Assembly (NCBI GenBank): GCA_973895155.1
Contig: OZ316895.1
Span: forward strand, 20,102,803 to 20,166,802
DNA: 64,000 bases
Source: Marsupella aquatica
Taxonomy: Eukaryota; Plantae; Marchantiophyta
Reading direction: 5' to 3'
Numbering within the stretch: the stretch's first letter is position 1; each line of letters opens with the position of its first letter. A program made the position numbers and the translations under genes. Positions 37,101 through 50,440 of this stretch are shown here, piece after piece. The notes below the pieces were generated by a model. That model was not told the DNA's origin, searched no databases, and worked only from the letters and a program-made list of their open reading frames with translations.

Positions 37101-40100
37101 CAGCTAAACCCTAAACTCAAGAATGCTTCCACATCACAAGCTCAAGGAGATGCAAATATTACCACGTGTGCGCCGATTGGACCCAAGGGTGGCCTTGTAA
37201 ATCTTGCGCGATTATCCTCGATGGCTTCCAACAACCGTAGTACATTATCACCACCAAAAGCAGTTACCTGCACCATATACCACAAGGATACATGCCAATG
37301 AAAATATTAGGAGGCCAAAAACAGGTATTTGCAAGCCAGGAAAAACTTCATCCAGATGATAGTAGAACAGCGAGTTTTCTCTCTTAACGAGACAAAACGA
37401 GGTTGAAGATAGAGTGACACAATTCCTCGAGCATTGTTTTCGTGAACTTTTCACCATATGATATTATAAAGCATTCAGCGGAGCTTATTCAGGCATGCTC
37501 TTTCGAACACTTCATACCTCAGTTTTTTCCACCAATACAGCAATTAATCTTGGACGACATTCTAACTTCAACTAAACTGACTACGGCCAACGTAACTTGA
37601 GCTAATTAGAGAGAAGCATAGAATCAGTTCCTTGCACAATCTTCCACTTATTAGTTGTCCCTGAAATTTCTAAATTTGGCCTAGCAAAATCAGGCAAAAA
37701 TACTAGAGACCAAATCTCGAAGCTTTGCATGGTTCAGGAATCTACCATATTTGTTTGCTGAGACTGAAGTCTACGTATATGATTTATCAGGTCTCGTAAC
37801 TGCGCTTTGTTGTCCTCAACCTGAAAGAGTAGTATCCCTAACTTGTCAGCCTATTAAACACCAAGGGGAACCATCCAACTAAAATCGACATATACATATA
37901 TCACATACTTAGATTCAACTCAAATCCTGCTCCGGACATGAGGCACTAGCTTTATCAGCACTTAAAACGACTGAAGTAATCTCACCTCTCTGTTGACGGT
38001 CGCTCTTTGTTGAGCCAATGCCTCCAACTCTAAATTAATCTGATTCTCCTCGTCCTGGAATCTACATACCAAGAAAGTATGAGATGGATTACAGATCCAA
38101 ACAGCAACAAAATAATTTCTAACTCGCAGATGATCGACCACCTCAACAACTGCAATCATTAAAACATCATCTCTGCAATTCTGGGTTTAACTGTAACAAG
38201 ATGTGTAGTTGCTCTTAACTTTGGTTAAGATATTCTGAAAGGTCCATAGCTCATGATAGATTCGAGCAACTGGGAATTCAAACAAATACAAATCTAGAAA
38301 CTTGACGACTTTCAGGTGACCACTCATGCAAGAAAGGTCCGTATCAACTTGAATCTGTCTAGCTCATGTGGGGTAAGTTTATGTGGACGTGAATTATTAC
38401 GAGCATGGATCAATGGCTGGCTTAGACTCTGTACCTTTTGTATTCTTGCTCAGTCCTTTCTTTGCTGTTTTCGAGAGCCCGAATTTCTTCTTGCTTCTCA
38501 TTGAGTTCAGCCTGCAGGTATGTACTGTTAAGTAAGCCATACTTTGTATACTTTGTGATAAGGTCAACACTGGAATAACTTTAGGAGCTGGTAAGAGTGT
38601 CAGGGGAAACATATCCCATCGTATTTATAGCACGATAGCCCCTCGAAACACATCAAAAATGCTTATAAGAGGTGACTGTGCAAGCAAGAGAAAGAAAAAA
38701 TCAAGAAGGCAGAAGGACTGCCACTGAAGAAGGAAAACAAGTGCAACAGGTCGCCGCAGTGCTAAATTGGAATTTGCTAATTTGTGATCTTTTGCACAAC
38801 CTATGAAGATTGGTCTCCCTTGTACAACGGCGGTACTCGTTAAGTAGGACTTTTGCAAGGCAAAACAATATTTAACCATATGTGGTATAGACTGCATACC
38901 ATGTATATGTTTGGAAAAACACAAACCTGTGTATCTTGCAACATTCGCTGTTCCATTTCAAAGATCTCACGTTCCAAGCGGTGAAGACGGTCGTTTATTT
39001 CCTGTAGATTTCGTCTCGCCCTTTTTGTATTTTCATCAGCTTGAACCTTTTCTCTCGTTGCCTGCATATGTCACACGCTTTCAAATTATCTGTCCATTCA
39101 AGACAATACCAAGTGCTACGCCTTCAGAGAACATTAGAAGTCACCAGTCAGCCATGAGTACCTCTGTTAGTGCCATGTTCAGCGCATTTTGAGACTGCCG
39201 CAGTTCCTCTGTGTCGTTTAACATCCGTGCAATAAATGCTTTCTTCTCAGCATGAGCTTCTCTCTTAAGATCTAATCTCAGCTGTCGATAGAGACAATGT
39301 GAGGAGATATAACGACAGCCAAAAGAATCTACCACAGATATACATACTAATGGAAAAAGATCCAGCATATTTCAGCCAAACAGCTGAATTCACAGAAACG
39401 ACATCGCATATGAAAGCCACACTACAAAACAGATCACCAGGAACTTCTGACTCTGCGGGTTCTTCCTATTCTCATGACCGGCAATGACACCACCCAGAGG
39501 ATGAGAAATTGAGCCGTCACCTGCGCATCATCGATTTTCTTTTGACAAAGAGGTATTCGAGTTTTCAGCTCGTCCAAATGCCTTTCAGCATCCCCGAGAG
39601 CTGCTTCCGTTTCTCTGACCCAAGTCCAAGCATAGATTTTTTCCAGCATTTCTATCTCCGCACGCAGTACTTCCACTTGTTCCAGGCTCTTCAACTGCTC
39701 TTCTATTTGCTTGAGCTCATCTTTAGTTGGCTGAAGACTTGCACACAATGCATCCACGATGCTCTCAGCCGTGCTAAGATTCCCCTCCCATTCTGTAAGA
39801 AGCTCACTGAAGTGCTGCAACAGCGTCGCTTTGAAGAAGAACTGGAGGACAAGTACACAAGATGCTGGTAAGGTACGTTCCGAAAGGTGCAAATATAAAA
39901 ATGGTCTAATCCAAATCTGTTAGAGACAGAACGCTTAACAAAAGTCTTTTGTGGACCACTTTTATCCAGTGATCGTTATCCGAGGGTGACCACAACTCTC
40001 GACTGTACATTAAATTTACCTTGAATTTCTCTTTATCGCTGCCTCCATGCAGGAATTCCCGGCTCTTATCTTGAGTCATAATGACACAAGGATTTTCCAC

Positions 40101-42193
40101 CTCTATCTGCGAGCAAAGAAACCCATAGGCTTTGTTAAGTGGACGGTTTGAGAAGAATAGTGTTGCCGATGACAAGAACGATGTTGCCGAAAGCAACGGA
40201 GACAACGTCATGAATTTTGGATATATGAAGTTCTTCATAAGAGCTCCTTTAATCAGACCGCACTCAGCTCACTTCAAGCACTTAAATGCTTTTCTTATGC
40301 TTAAACAAGTGAATATCTTGATTAGTGCTTGACATTCAAAGACTAAGGCATTCCAGATGAAGCAAAGAAGATATTGTCGCGCAAAGCCGAAGGTCCAAAT
40401 CGCTGAGATTGATCTCACATAGGAATCTTACATTAAAATGCTCCACAACTTCTAAGATGTCATCTTTCTTGGTGCCAACCTTCCGACCTGCAGACGAAGT
40501 TGATTACAACGCACACATGACACAGGCGACCAGTATAAAAACAAGATGAATCATATTTACCAGATGTCTACAAAGCTTGGCTTATAGGGACGAGTTTGAC
40601 TATCCTAAACAACAAACCCGCAGTTTCACTTAGCTGTACTTCTATTTTATGTCATTGAGAGACTATCAGATCCACACAGAAAGCTATTGTTTACTTTGAA
40701 TTAGACGTAGAACAGTTACCGCTCTATTTGGAGGAGTTACAGAAAAGCATGCATCAAATAGATACCTTGACTGTCCTTCAGGAAGAAAGAGCTACCACTC
40801 TCAACGAGCCGCCTCTCGACAAGAATAGTGTGTCCAAATACTTCAGGCTTGAAGGCATCTTCTCCCACATTATTTAACTCCACCACCACCAGCCCAGATC
40901 TGCACAGTGCGAGTATTTTGTAAAATCTATCCATGTATTCCCGGAATCGAAGAAGTGCACCCTACAAGTATCGGAACAGGACTACAAAAAGAAGCAAAGA
41001 GCTTCAGTCACTGTGGACTAAAAGGCTCATGCCTTTCGTCTGTGGATTAAATATTGAAGTATCAACCAAATCCTCACAATCTATACAGAAAACTCATTTA
41101 CCAAAGGACGGGGGCTTCGTTCGTCTCGCACGGAAATGTCCACGAAAGCAGTAGGGAACAATTAATTAATCTGGGGTGGAATGAGATAATATCGTATCAG
41201 AATCGCCATATATTTGAGTGACCAGTAAACGTTCACTCTTATTGCTTAGTCCCATACAAATTTCTACTGCACCATCCCTGTCTGCTATCAACACCATCGA
41301 GAAGAATAAAAGCAAAAGCAAAATAAGAGGGAATTGCCACAATGAAGAACCTGCAGCCATTTTTTATGAAGTCTTGCACGGAATTGGCACGCTGGGTCCC
41401 TTTCGCTTTGATACCGAACGCGACACAAAGGGCAGTGAGAATAGCACTCTTACCACCTGACAGACATCCAATGCATCCATCAAAGTCCAATCACAAAATG
41501 CACCAATTTACTATGAACTCAGCCAGTGACGAAACAATGGATAATGATCTTATGAAACTCCCGCTACTGTGGTTATACACAGTACATGACAATTATAAGC
41601 TCCCATCCTGGTACCACTGCAACTAGTACGTATTGCATCAATCAACGTAGTGAGCCACATTAACCTTCACCTCTGTGGATATAGAGACGACTATGGCAAT
41701 AGTTCCGCTGCATCGACATACTTTGCGATTCCGCGGTATCTAGACTGTATGAACGGTAATCCTCCGTAAAACCCTAAGCTGACATTTGGACTTCAGAATC
41801 ACTAAAGGTTCAACAATGTTCAAACGATGTGACCTCGACGACAGTCCTTGAGGCACACAGGGCATGAAATAGCCGAAAAATGTCAGGAACATCCTCTCTT
41901 ATCACACAGGAAGAGCGGTCTGGCAAATTCTGCTAGCTCATAAAATTAGCCTTTCAAAATGCAGATTAAGTAAATGCCGAAGGGATCTTTGAATGCTCGA
42001 ATTGTCACAAAATTATTACAAGAAGCCAGCGGGCCGGAAACGTACTGCCATTTTGTCCGGTGATGAAGTTCACGCGATCGCCGAGCTCAATCGTCAAACT
42101 ACTGTGACACATGAAATTCTCGACGGAAATTCTCCTGATGCTGCCCGCCTTTTTCGGCTTCTCAACATAATCAAATTCGTCCATGTTGTCCAT
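31198..42193 (-). CDS. SMC6: Structural maintenance of chromosomes protein 6 (SMC5/6 complex), about 25 exons
   Basis: The N-terminal head [18 protein letters not shown]...VNFITGQNG|[15 protein letters not shown] has Walker A split by an intron (exons ~42046-42193 and ~41351-41456). Also present: [17 protein letters not shown] (~40020-40106), coiled-coil exons, hinge PPLGPIGAH (~37165), signature LSGGERSF with Walker [12 protein letters not shown]|D (~31779-31932), [11 protein letters not shown] (~31429-31523) and a last exon ending QMPAPRP* at 31198. Confidence 0.96.
32463..32598. repeat. 48-bp tandem repeat, about 3 copies, inside an SMC6 intron
   Basis: TTTTCGTGTAGTGCAAGA..TCTGCTGT at about 32463, 32511 and 32559. 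Confidence 0.85.
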
Positions 42194-43339
42194 TATACCA
42201 ACGCTTTCAGGACACGCCAACACCAAGCGATTGCTCAATCAACACAAAGACTCAGCGCAAGGCGAGTTCAGACATCCTGCTCATAAAGTCTCCGAGACCA
42301 CCACTGTTCCATGTACCGCAATGCCTTAATTAAGAGCACATTGAGCAACGTTTCGGCCAGGGGGGACGTAAACCCCTACAAGAAGGCCCCTGAACCCCAC
42401 GAACCTCAGACGTTTCGTGCGAATGACGAGTGTGAAGGAATAAGAAGAGGTCTCATCGGAGAATAGTCCTAGAGAATACTAACTATTTGCTTGAAGGAAG
42501 AGTAGTCATCACGGTGATGATTGACTCGGGCCACCCCAAGCTCCCCCGCCAAAATGCACCACGCCCTAAGAGATGCTGCGGTTACTGTCTTGTCCAAAGC
42601 CACAGCTCGAGAATCTGAATTTACAACGAGTGGCATCGAAACTTCCAGAAACGTGCGACTCGGACCACAACTGGTTTCCTCGGAGCCTTCAAATAAATCT
42701 CGCCAACTTGTAACGCGCAAAAAGCCCTGCTGATTGACAGTTTCGCAAAGCCTACCTTGAAGGCGACTTAATACGAAGACATCCGGAACCTGGACTGCAA
42801 ATTTGACGTCAGCAAATGGAAGGACAGAAGGCTCCAAATAAAAGAAAGGAACCGAACCAATCCGTCCGCCAAACTTCCACGACCTTGATCCACAGTCGCC
42901 GCAACCCCTCAGTCAGAACTATATATGGCCCCCTGTTCCACATAAAACTTAAAACCTTCTATAAAACAACTCGGCAAGGCGAGCTGCTCCTTCCCGAGAT
43001 CACGTAATGCGCCGATTGAAGAAAATCCTTCCCTCCTTCCTGGCCAACCTAATTGAGAACTCCTGGAGGTCTTTCCTGACGATAACTCACCGAGCTGCCC
43101 CTGCCGCAGATAACTCAATTTGCCGAGTTGCTGCTCGCTGAAGACAATTCGCCTAGTCAGCGCTCCACCCTCTCTTCCTTCCTGGACAACCTAATTGTGC
43201 TTCACCGGTACGACAAGCACCTCAGACCTCTCACCCGGACGTGTGCTCGTCGACAGACATCCAAACATGCACGGACACGGACTTACTCAACCCTACACGA
43301 GACGAACGAATTATTGAAGATCAGCGAGCGGAAAAATAT

Positions 43340-44700
43340 ACAACGAGATCAATCGAGGCTCACTTCAGAGGTGCATCAGAATTAGTCAAACATACGGAGA
43401 CACTAGCACGCCATCGACCATCAGCGAGCAAATAGGACGTCCGCTTCAAAGACTGACCAAAATGCTCAAAGCCATGGGGACGCGAATGAGCAGCGAGCGG
43501 AAACTATCAAAGAAAACAAAACGACACTAAGCTCAAAGAATAGCCAAAATCCAGTCCAACCTACGGCGCGACGAAGACAAGCAAGCGTAAACCATGAAAG
43601 GAAACTAAATCGAGGCTGAGCTCAAAAGAACGACCAAAATTGCTTAAACCTGAGGGGAGACGACGATCAGGGAGAGAATACTATAAAACGAAATCAAATC
43701 GAGACTAAGCTCAAACGACTGACCAGAATTGCTCGACATCAGCCAGCGAAAACCAGCGAACGAAACAAAACCGAGGCTAATAAGCTGAAATACTGACCAG
43801 CATTGCTCAAACCTAAGGAGAGACGAAGGTCAGCGCGCAAAACATTGAAACGAAAAAAGGTCGAGGCTTATTAATCTCAAAGACTGACCAAAATTGCTCA
43901 AAACTTACGGAGAGACGAAGATCGGCGAGCGAAACACAAACGAAACATAATCGAGGCTGGTAAGCTCAACGACTGACCGGAATTGCTCAATCTACGGAGA
44001 GAGGAGATCAGCGAGGGAAAACCATGCAAACGAGACAAAGTCGAGGCTAAGCTCAAAAACATTGACCAGAATTGCTGAAGCCAAAGGCGAGACAGACTTC
44101 AGGGCGCAAATACCAACGAAACAAAATTGACGCTGACCTCCCAGACTAATCAGAAATGCCCGAAGCGTCAAACATACGGAGAAATCGAAGTCGAAGCTCA
44201 GCTCAAACACCGACCAGAATTGCTGAAGCCAATGGAGAGACGGACTTCTGCGCGCGAAAGCCAACGAGACCAAACTGATGCTGAGCTAATAGAGTTATCA
44301 GGAAAAACATCGAGCTATCGAGGTCGAAGTTAAGCTCTGAACACTGACCTGAAGCCAACGAAACCAAATTGACGCTGAGCTCACAGACTAATCAGAAATG
44401 CTCAAAGCGTCAAGCATACGGAGCAATCGAAGTCGAGGCTAAGCTCTAAACACTGAAAAGAATTGCTGAAGCGAACGGACAAACGGACTTCAGCGCGCGA
44501 AAACCAACGAAACCAAATTCACGCTAAGCTCAAGAGTTATCAGAAAACGTCCGGAGCAATCGAAGTCGAAGCTAAGCTCTAAACACTGACCAGAATTCCA
44601 GAAGCCAACGGAGAAACGGCGCGAAAATCAACGGAACCAAACTGATGCTGAGCTCAAAAGCTTATCAGAAATGCTCAAGGCGTCAAACATGCGGAGCAAA
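43340..44700. repeat. Degenerate tandem array of ~60-90-bp units upstream of SMC6
   Basis: The core TCGAGGCTAAGCTCAAA.ACTGACCAGAATTGCT recurs at about 43610, 43699, 43771, 43861, 43951, 44041, 44191, 44325, 44433 and 44565. In the right half it alternates with a GACGCTGAGCTC...ATCAGAAATGC variant. Confidence 0.8.
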
Positions 44701-46056
44701 CATCGAATCTGAGAGAGCGAATGTCATAAAAGTGATGAAAAAGGTATCCAAATCGAAAATCCTTGCGCGGGAACCTCAAAGAAGATCCGCCGTCGGTTTG
44801 CTGACCAATCATTGGCTCATTTGGCTTACACAGTGATGACAGTAAGAACTCACTATTCATCACTCTATTTTTATTCTAGTAAATGTAGAGGATAATATGG
44901 AAAATAAAGCCAGATGGACCTAAAGGTTTGTTGTGGGATTTCATGGAGTCCAAAGCTTGGATGGACTGGTGGAGAATGCCAGAATAGACTTCACTGGGCA
45001 CATTTTATGGTCTTGACTGGAATTTGACTTGTAAACTGGCTTTTGATCATTTTTCGTCCCTTTTTTTAGTTTGATCATTTTTAATCCATTTTTAGTCCAT
45101 TAACCTACTGGGGTGTCATTCACAAAACTGAAGATTTTTTTCCCAAGGTGGTAATTTGTGGTTCATGGCCCGAATTTCTGAGCTCCCTTCACAAAAGTGA
45201 ATCATTGTTTCCAGTTAGTTTATAATACTTGACCATTTTGTGCTCATTGGAAATGGAGCAAACCATCTTTGACTTTGTGAGATGGTAGACTGGACAACAG
45301 AGACTATGCTGGCATATTTGAAATTAAACAAAGATACAGAAGTTGTCCAGATAATTACACAAGTTTGTCAAAAACCAACACTTATAGTTGGCCGGGGTGC
45401 TCGGACTTCAGACTGTGAGTAACATATATGCCTAGATTGATGGGTCATTGCATAATGTACTCCCCAGAGCAAGATGTGTATACTAGAAAATAAATGCCTC
45501 AAACATGTAAGGTGGAAACTCACTAAAGTGTTTATGTATGGAATGTGGCCCCCTTGTTTGAACTGCTTCAGGGTTTTCTAGCCGTATTTCTTGTTGATTA
45601 ATAGGCAAGAATATGCAAGGATGAGAATTTATGTAATGAGTTGATCTAAATTCTGGGTGCGCCTTCTTCTCCAAGACTAAAGTGAAAATTTCAAAGTGAA
45701 AAATCACAGAGGGCATTATCACACCAAACTGGACACAAATAAATAATCATTTCTTGCAAGGCATTTTGCATTCTTGCAAGAGTTCTCCATTCAATTGCTG
45801 ATGAATATATGGTCTACATCATGCGCCCCTCTCACTTCACCCTAGGCCTTGATCCTCTGCAGCATCCCCGACAACATCTCAAACACATGGTAGCAACTGC
45901 TGCAACAATGGCTTTATGGAAAACATCTTCCTTCGTCACTGTCACACCATTCTAGGTAATGTTAGAGTGTATCGTACTATCTAGATCCGTTTATTTGGTA
46001 TGTGTGCTATATGAGCCGATAAGGTTCCATTAGGTTTGTGTGAGAGGGTAGTTCTT

Positions 46057-46647
46057 TGTCGTGCGGACACACATCCATACACAACTCACATCATGGCATA
46101 CCATGTAAACAAGAAAAAAGATAATCACACGACACACAACACATGTACGCCAAAATCCATAACAATCTCTTGCGAAATGGGACCCCGCTGCAAGGTATCA
46201 CTAAGTCGAGCCAAACTCACCCGCTAGCCATGTGGGACTCCAAGTCTATACACATAGTAGAACTCTGCCAATGTTGCTCTACATGCCAACCGGCATACAC
46301 TCTCTCTCTCTCTCACCATAGCCACACTCACATGAGCTCTACTAGTGCCAGGAGGCTCAACTTGGAAGAATGAGGAGCTAATCCCTCATTCTCCAAGGTA
46401 TACCCCCATGGCACAAAGGCATGGTAACCTGATTTAAGAAGTCACCCCTACCAGGTGACCTGCTATACCAGGTCACCCTCCCAAACTCACAACACATGTG
46501 CAACCAACAAAGTTGCAACTCAAATGCAACATGGGGTGACAGTTGTCGTGCGGACACACATCCATACACAACTCACATCGCGGCACACCATGTAAACAAG
46601 AAAAAAAAATCACACGATACACAATACATGTACGCCAAAATCCATAA
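46057..46647. repeat. Two ~105-108-bp LTR-like direct repeats (TGTCGTGCGG...CCATAA[CA]) separated by ~380 bp, at the 3' end of the PHD-gypsy element
   Basis: Copies at 46057-46164 (TG...CA) and 46544-46647. A purine tract AGGGGGACA on the minus strand abuts the second copy. Confidence 0.75.
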
Positions 46648-46822
46648 ATGTCCCCCTAGCTGGTGGTTAGATCCCGCTAACTATAGCTAGACCAAAAACT
46701 AAAAGGAAGTATACACCTTTTGGGTGCATAGATCAAGAGACCGGGTGCATGGAACCCCATCGTTAATTGCATGTCTACAATCTATACTGCCTAATAAGTT
46801 TTATGCTAACTAAAGCCACTCT

Positions 46823-49800
46823 CTATCTACAATTGGGATACAACCACTGTCCTTCAGGGACTGAATCAAGAGGTGGCGTCAAACACGCTAAGTGCCAACC
46901 TCTTGAGCAACCATCACAAATCAACACGGTTGTAGTTTCACGGGCGGATCCACACAACATACACTACAAGCCTGCAAGTATCACTGCTAGACTAGGATCT
47001 ATGCTATCATCAATGTTTGGAAGGTGACAAGGTGCACAATTACACACATGATCCTTTCAAACCATATCATCACGACCTTCAACCAGAATGCCTAATGGCA
47101 AAACCTTTTGCACTCGTAGTATAGTACGTCTGGCAGTGACATCCAAGTAGTAGCTGCTGTCTGTTGCACATACACATAGTCTCTAGAATGAAATTGCCTG
47201 ATGCTAGGGCGATATCCTCCTCTCCGAATAGTGGCATACCTCAAAGTATCCCGATGCTGTGCAATAGCTAAGTTCTCAAACGCCATGGGCATCACTCTCC
47301 GAAACAAGTTTGCCCATTGAGAACAAGTTTGCATCCACATGTCAGGGTCATCCAACTGCAACACCTCATCAACCTCCCTTTTAATGGCTACTGGCAACAC
47401 TGGCTCCCTACCATAGAGCAGCAAATATGATGAGAAGGATGCAAGAGATGCTTGCCTACTAAAGCGATATCCCATCGCTAACCATGATAGCTAGATATCT
47501 CAATCATTCACGTGACCCTTCTGCAAGCCATACTTCCGCAATCCTCTCTTCACTGTCTGGACAACTCTCTCTGCCAATCCATCTGCCTCTAGATGATCCC
47601 TAGACGTCATACGGTGATCAATCAATGCTTGATCACACAAGGCCTAAAAATCTCCACAAAACTCAGTCCCCTGGTCAGTCAAAACCTCAGTAGAAGCACC
47701 AAAATGGCTCAATACACGGTCTAGAAAGGCATAGGCAACTCCTTCATTACCTTTATCTGATAATGCATCCAACTCAATCCATTTAGAAAAGTGGTCCACC
47801 ATCACTAAGGCATAACGGTTGTGACGTCTAGTCAGTGGTAAGGGTCCAGCAAAATCTAAACTCCAACGATATCCCAAGCCCATGATTGGCAAGGGATGCA
47901 GTTGTGGGGTAGGAGCATTAAATGATGCTCTCACTCTATCATACACAGTACACCGTGCCACAAACTATTGCACCTCAGCATGCATTCCATGCCACCAATA
48001 TTGGGTCTGGAGTAAGCTGTATGTCCATTTCACTCCAAAATGTCCAAGCTCTTCATGAACATGTTGCACCAATCGTGCACACTAGGATAAAGGAGGTACC
48101 AACCGCACTCTGCCATCATCCCAAACTCTCAACAAGTGAGATCCTTCCCATCTGAACCTCTTAGCTCGTTGTAGGATCCGATCTCTCTCCTTGGTGGTTA
48201 CCATGCCTGGCATGCTACCCGTGCACAGATACATCACAACATTTGCATTATCATGAATTATATCATGTCCAGCAGACTCCTCACTAGAAATCTTTGGATC
48301 CACAAAGTCTGCATGGGGCCTCTCCAATGATGCCACTGCACCAAGACCATCCACACTCTGCAACAAGCACAAATAAGCAGAAGCATGCCAACCTGGCACC
48401 ATCTCCTCGTCTACCTCATCATGCCAACGTGCTCTTGTCAAATCCCTTTGGCTCGGACAGGGATTGCAACTCAATCCATCAGCATCAGACTAATGTAAGT
48501 GACCAGGTCTATGCAAGATATCAAAATCATACTCCTGAAGTATGAGTGCCCAATGAGCAAGCTTACCAGTAGGCTTGTCTAACTCCATCAACCATTTGAG
48601 TGGTTGGTGATCCGTAACAAGAGTGAAGGGATTACCAAACAAGTAACATAAAAAATGAGCCACTTCCCACACTGCAGCCAAGCATTCTCCCTCATAGGAG
48701 CCATACTTTGATTCCGCAATGTTGTTCAATCGACTGGCATATGCTACCACAAACTCCCTTCCCTCATCATCACGCTGAGTGAGCACTGCCCCAAGTCCCA
48801 GCATGCTCCAATCAGTATGTAACCTAAATAGACGCCCCCTGATAGGTCTTCTCAAGATGGGCGCTGATGTGAGTTTCTCCTTCAACTAATGGAAAGCTCT
48901 ATCTTGATCAGCACCCCACTGGCACTCATGGTCCAGTCTTGTAAGTAACATCAAAGGTTTTGCAATTGCACTGAATCCTTTCACATAGCTTTGGTAGAAG
49001 TTTGTAAGCCCCAAAAATGCTCGGACTCTACTCACATCTATAGGTTGAGGGATCCCAGCAATTGCCTCCACCTTTGTCTGTTGCACACCCAATCCACCTA
49101 GATAAATGGTGCCCCCTAAATATGCAATCTGGTCATGGAAGAACTTGCATTTGTCAGGATGCAGTTCCAGATGAAGCTTCAATCCATGTTATCTCAGCCG
49201 CTCAAACAACTGTTGCAAATGTACATCATGCTCCTCCATAGTGTCACTGTAGACAATAATGTCATCAATATAACATTTGGCAAAATCCAGGTTTGCCAAA
49301 ATCCGATCCATGACCCTCTGAAACTCAGCTGGTGCATTCTTCAATCCAAACGGTAAGAATAGCTATTGATACAACACATCCTTCCCATGAGCATCAATCC
49401 CCCAAAATGTTGTCTTCTGCCTGTCACCAATCCTGATAGGCAGCTGGTGATATCCAGCCCTGAGATTCAATGCGCTAAACACTCTCGCATGCCCAATTGC
49501 ATCAAATATTTCCTCCGGTGTGGGCATGGCATACCTGTCAGACTTAGTCTGCCAATTAATTGGACGATAGTCTCCACACATCCTCTTGTCAGTCCAATTA
49601 CCATGCATATCCTTCTTTGTTGGCATCACAGTGGCAGAAGCATACTCACCAAATGACTTCTCCACAAGTCCTGCTGCCAACAAATCCTGGCATCTTGCCT
49701 GAATCAATGCCCTCTCCATATCTGAATACCGATATGGTCTCCTAAAGATGGGTGCATCAACTGTCAAATCTATCCGGATGCCTGGTCCCTTTAACATGCC

Positions 49801-50180
49801 CAAATCCTGCATGTTGAAAGCAAAACAACTTCCATAACTCCATAGAAACTGTCGTACACGTCGTCTCTCACCTCCAGTGATCTTGGGGCCAATACTTGGC
49901 TCCCAATTGTCAATAGTAACCTCGGCAGAAGGTGTAGAGAACGCCAACTGTGGTTGCTATGCTGCAACCTTAGGAGCAGCAATACCATGTTGTTGCAAAA
50001 AAGAAAGCACACTGGCCTCTCCACTGACTCCCCATGAAGTCCAGGGATGACAATCTATGGCACTGTCGCCCCCTGCTCTGATCTCTAAGGACCCAATAGA
50101 GGGGGCCCGACCTCCGTGACAGGAAACAGGAAATAGTGATGATCATAACAGGAAAAATAGTGGAACAAAACAGGAGACTT
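46823..50180 (-). mobile_element. Decayed, 5'-truncated Ty3/gypsy pol (RT-RNaseH-integrase) with a C-terminal PHD finger
   Basis: RT: PIFRRPYRYS...RMCGDYRPIN...GYHQLPI, MPFG-like region and CYIDD (~49260-49275). RNase H: LHTDWSMLGLGAVLTQ...VVAYASR...YEGECLA. Integrase: RWSLDFAGPLP...VLTDQGTEF. PHD at 46826-46963. Many stops and frameshifts. Confidence 0.9.
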
Positions 50181-50440
50181 GGTACTATCATTCACAAAAA
50201 ATGGCTTAATTTTGGACCAAACCAAAGAGGTCAAATTCAACATAAACTCAAAAAGATGGGGAAAACAACAATTATCGGAAGACGCCTTTACTAGCGCTTA
50301 GTCCTAACCAAGCATTTGATACCGTTACAAATATCATTAACAAAATACCCGCTCACCATCTACCAAAATGATCAAAGAGAATGGTTTATAAGGCAAGAAA
50401 AGGTCATCCTCGAGAATGCATGCGAAAGAAATCCTCACGT

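Noticed and set aside
42469-42837. 122-aa ORF as an SMC6 N-terminal extension or separate gene
   Set aside because: No SMC-like or other recognisable motif. SMC6 already has a plausible ATG at 42193 just before the conserved head, so this is more likely leader sequence.
43340-44700. CRISPR-like repeat-spacer array
   Set aside because: The inter-core sequences are homologous to each other rather than unique spacers, the cores are degenerate, no cas genes are present and the context is eukaryotic.
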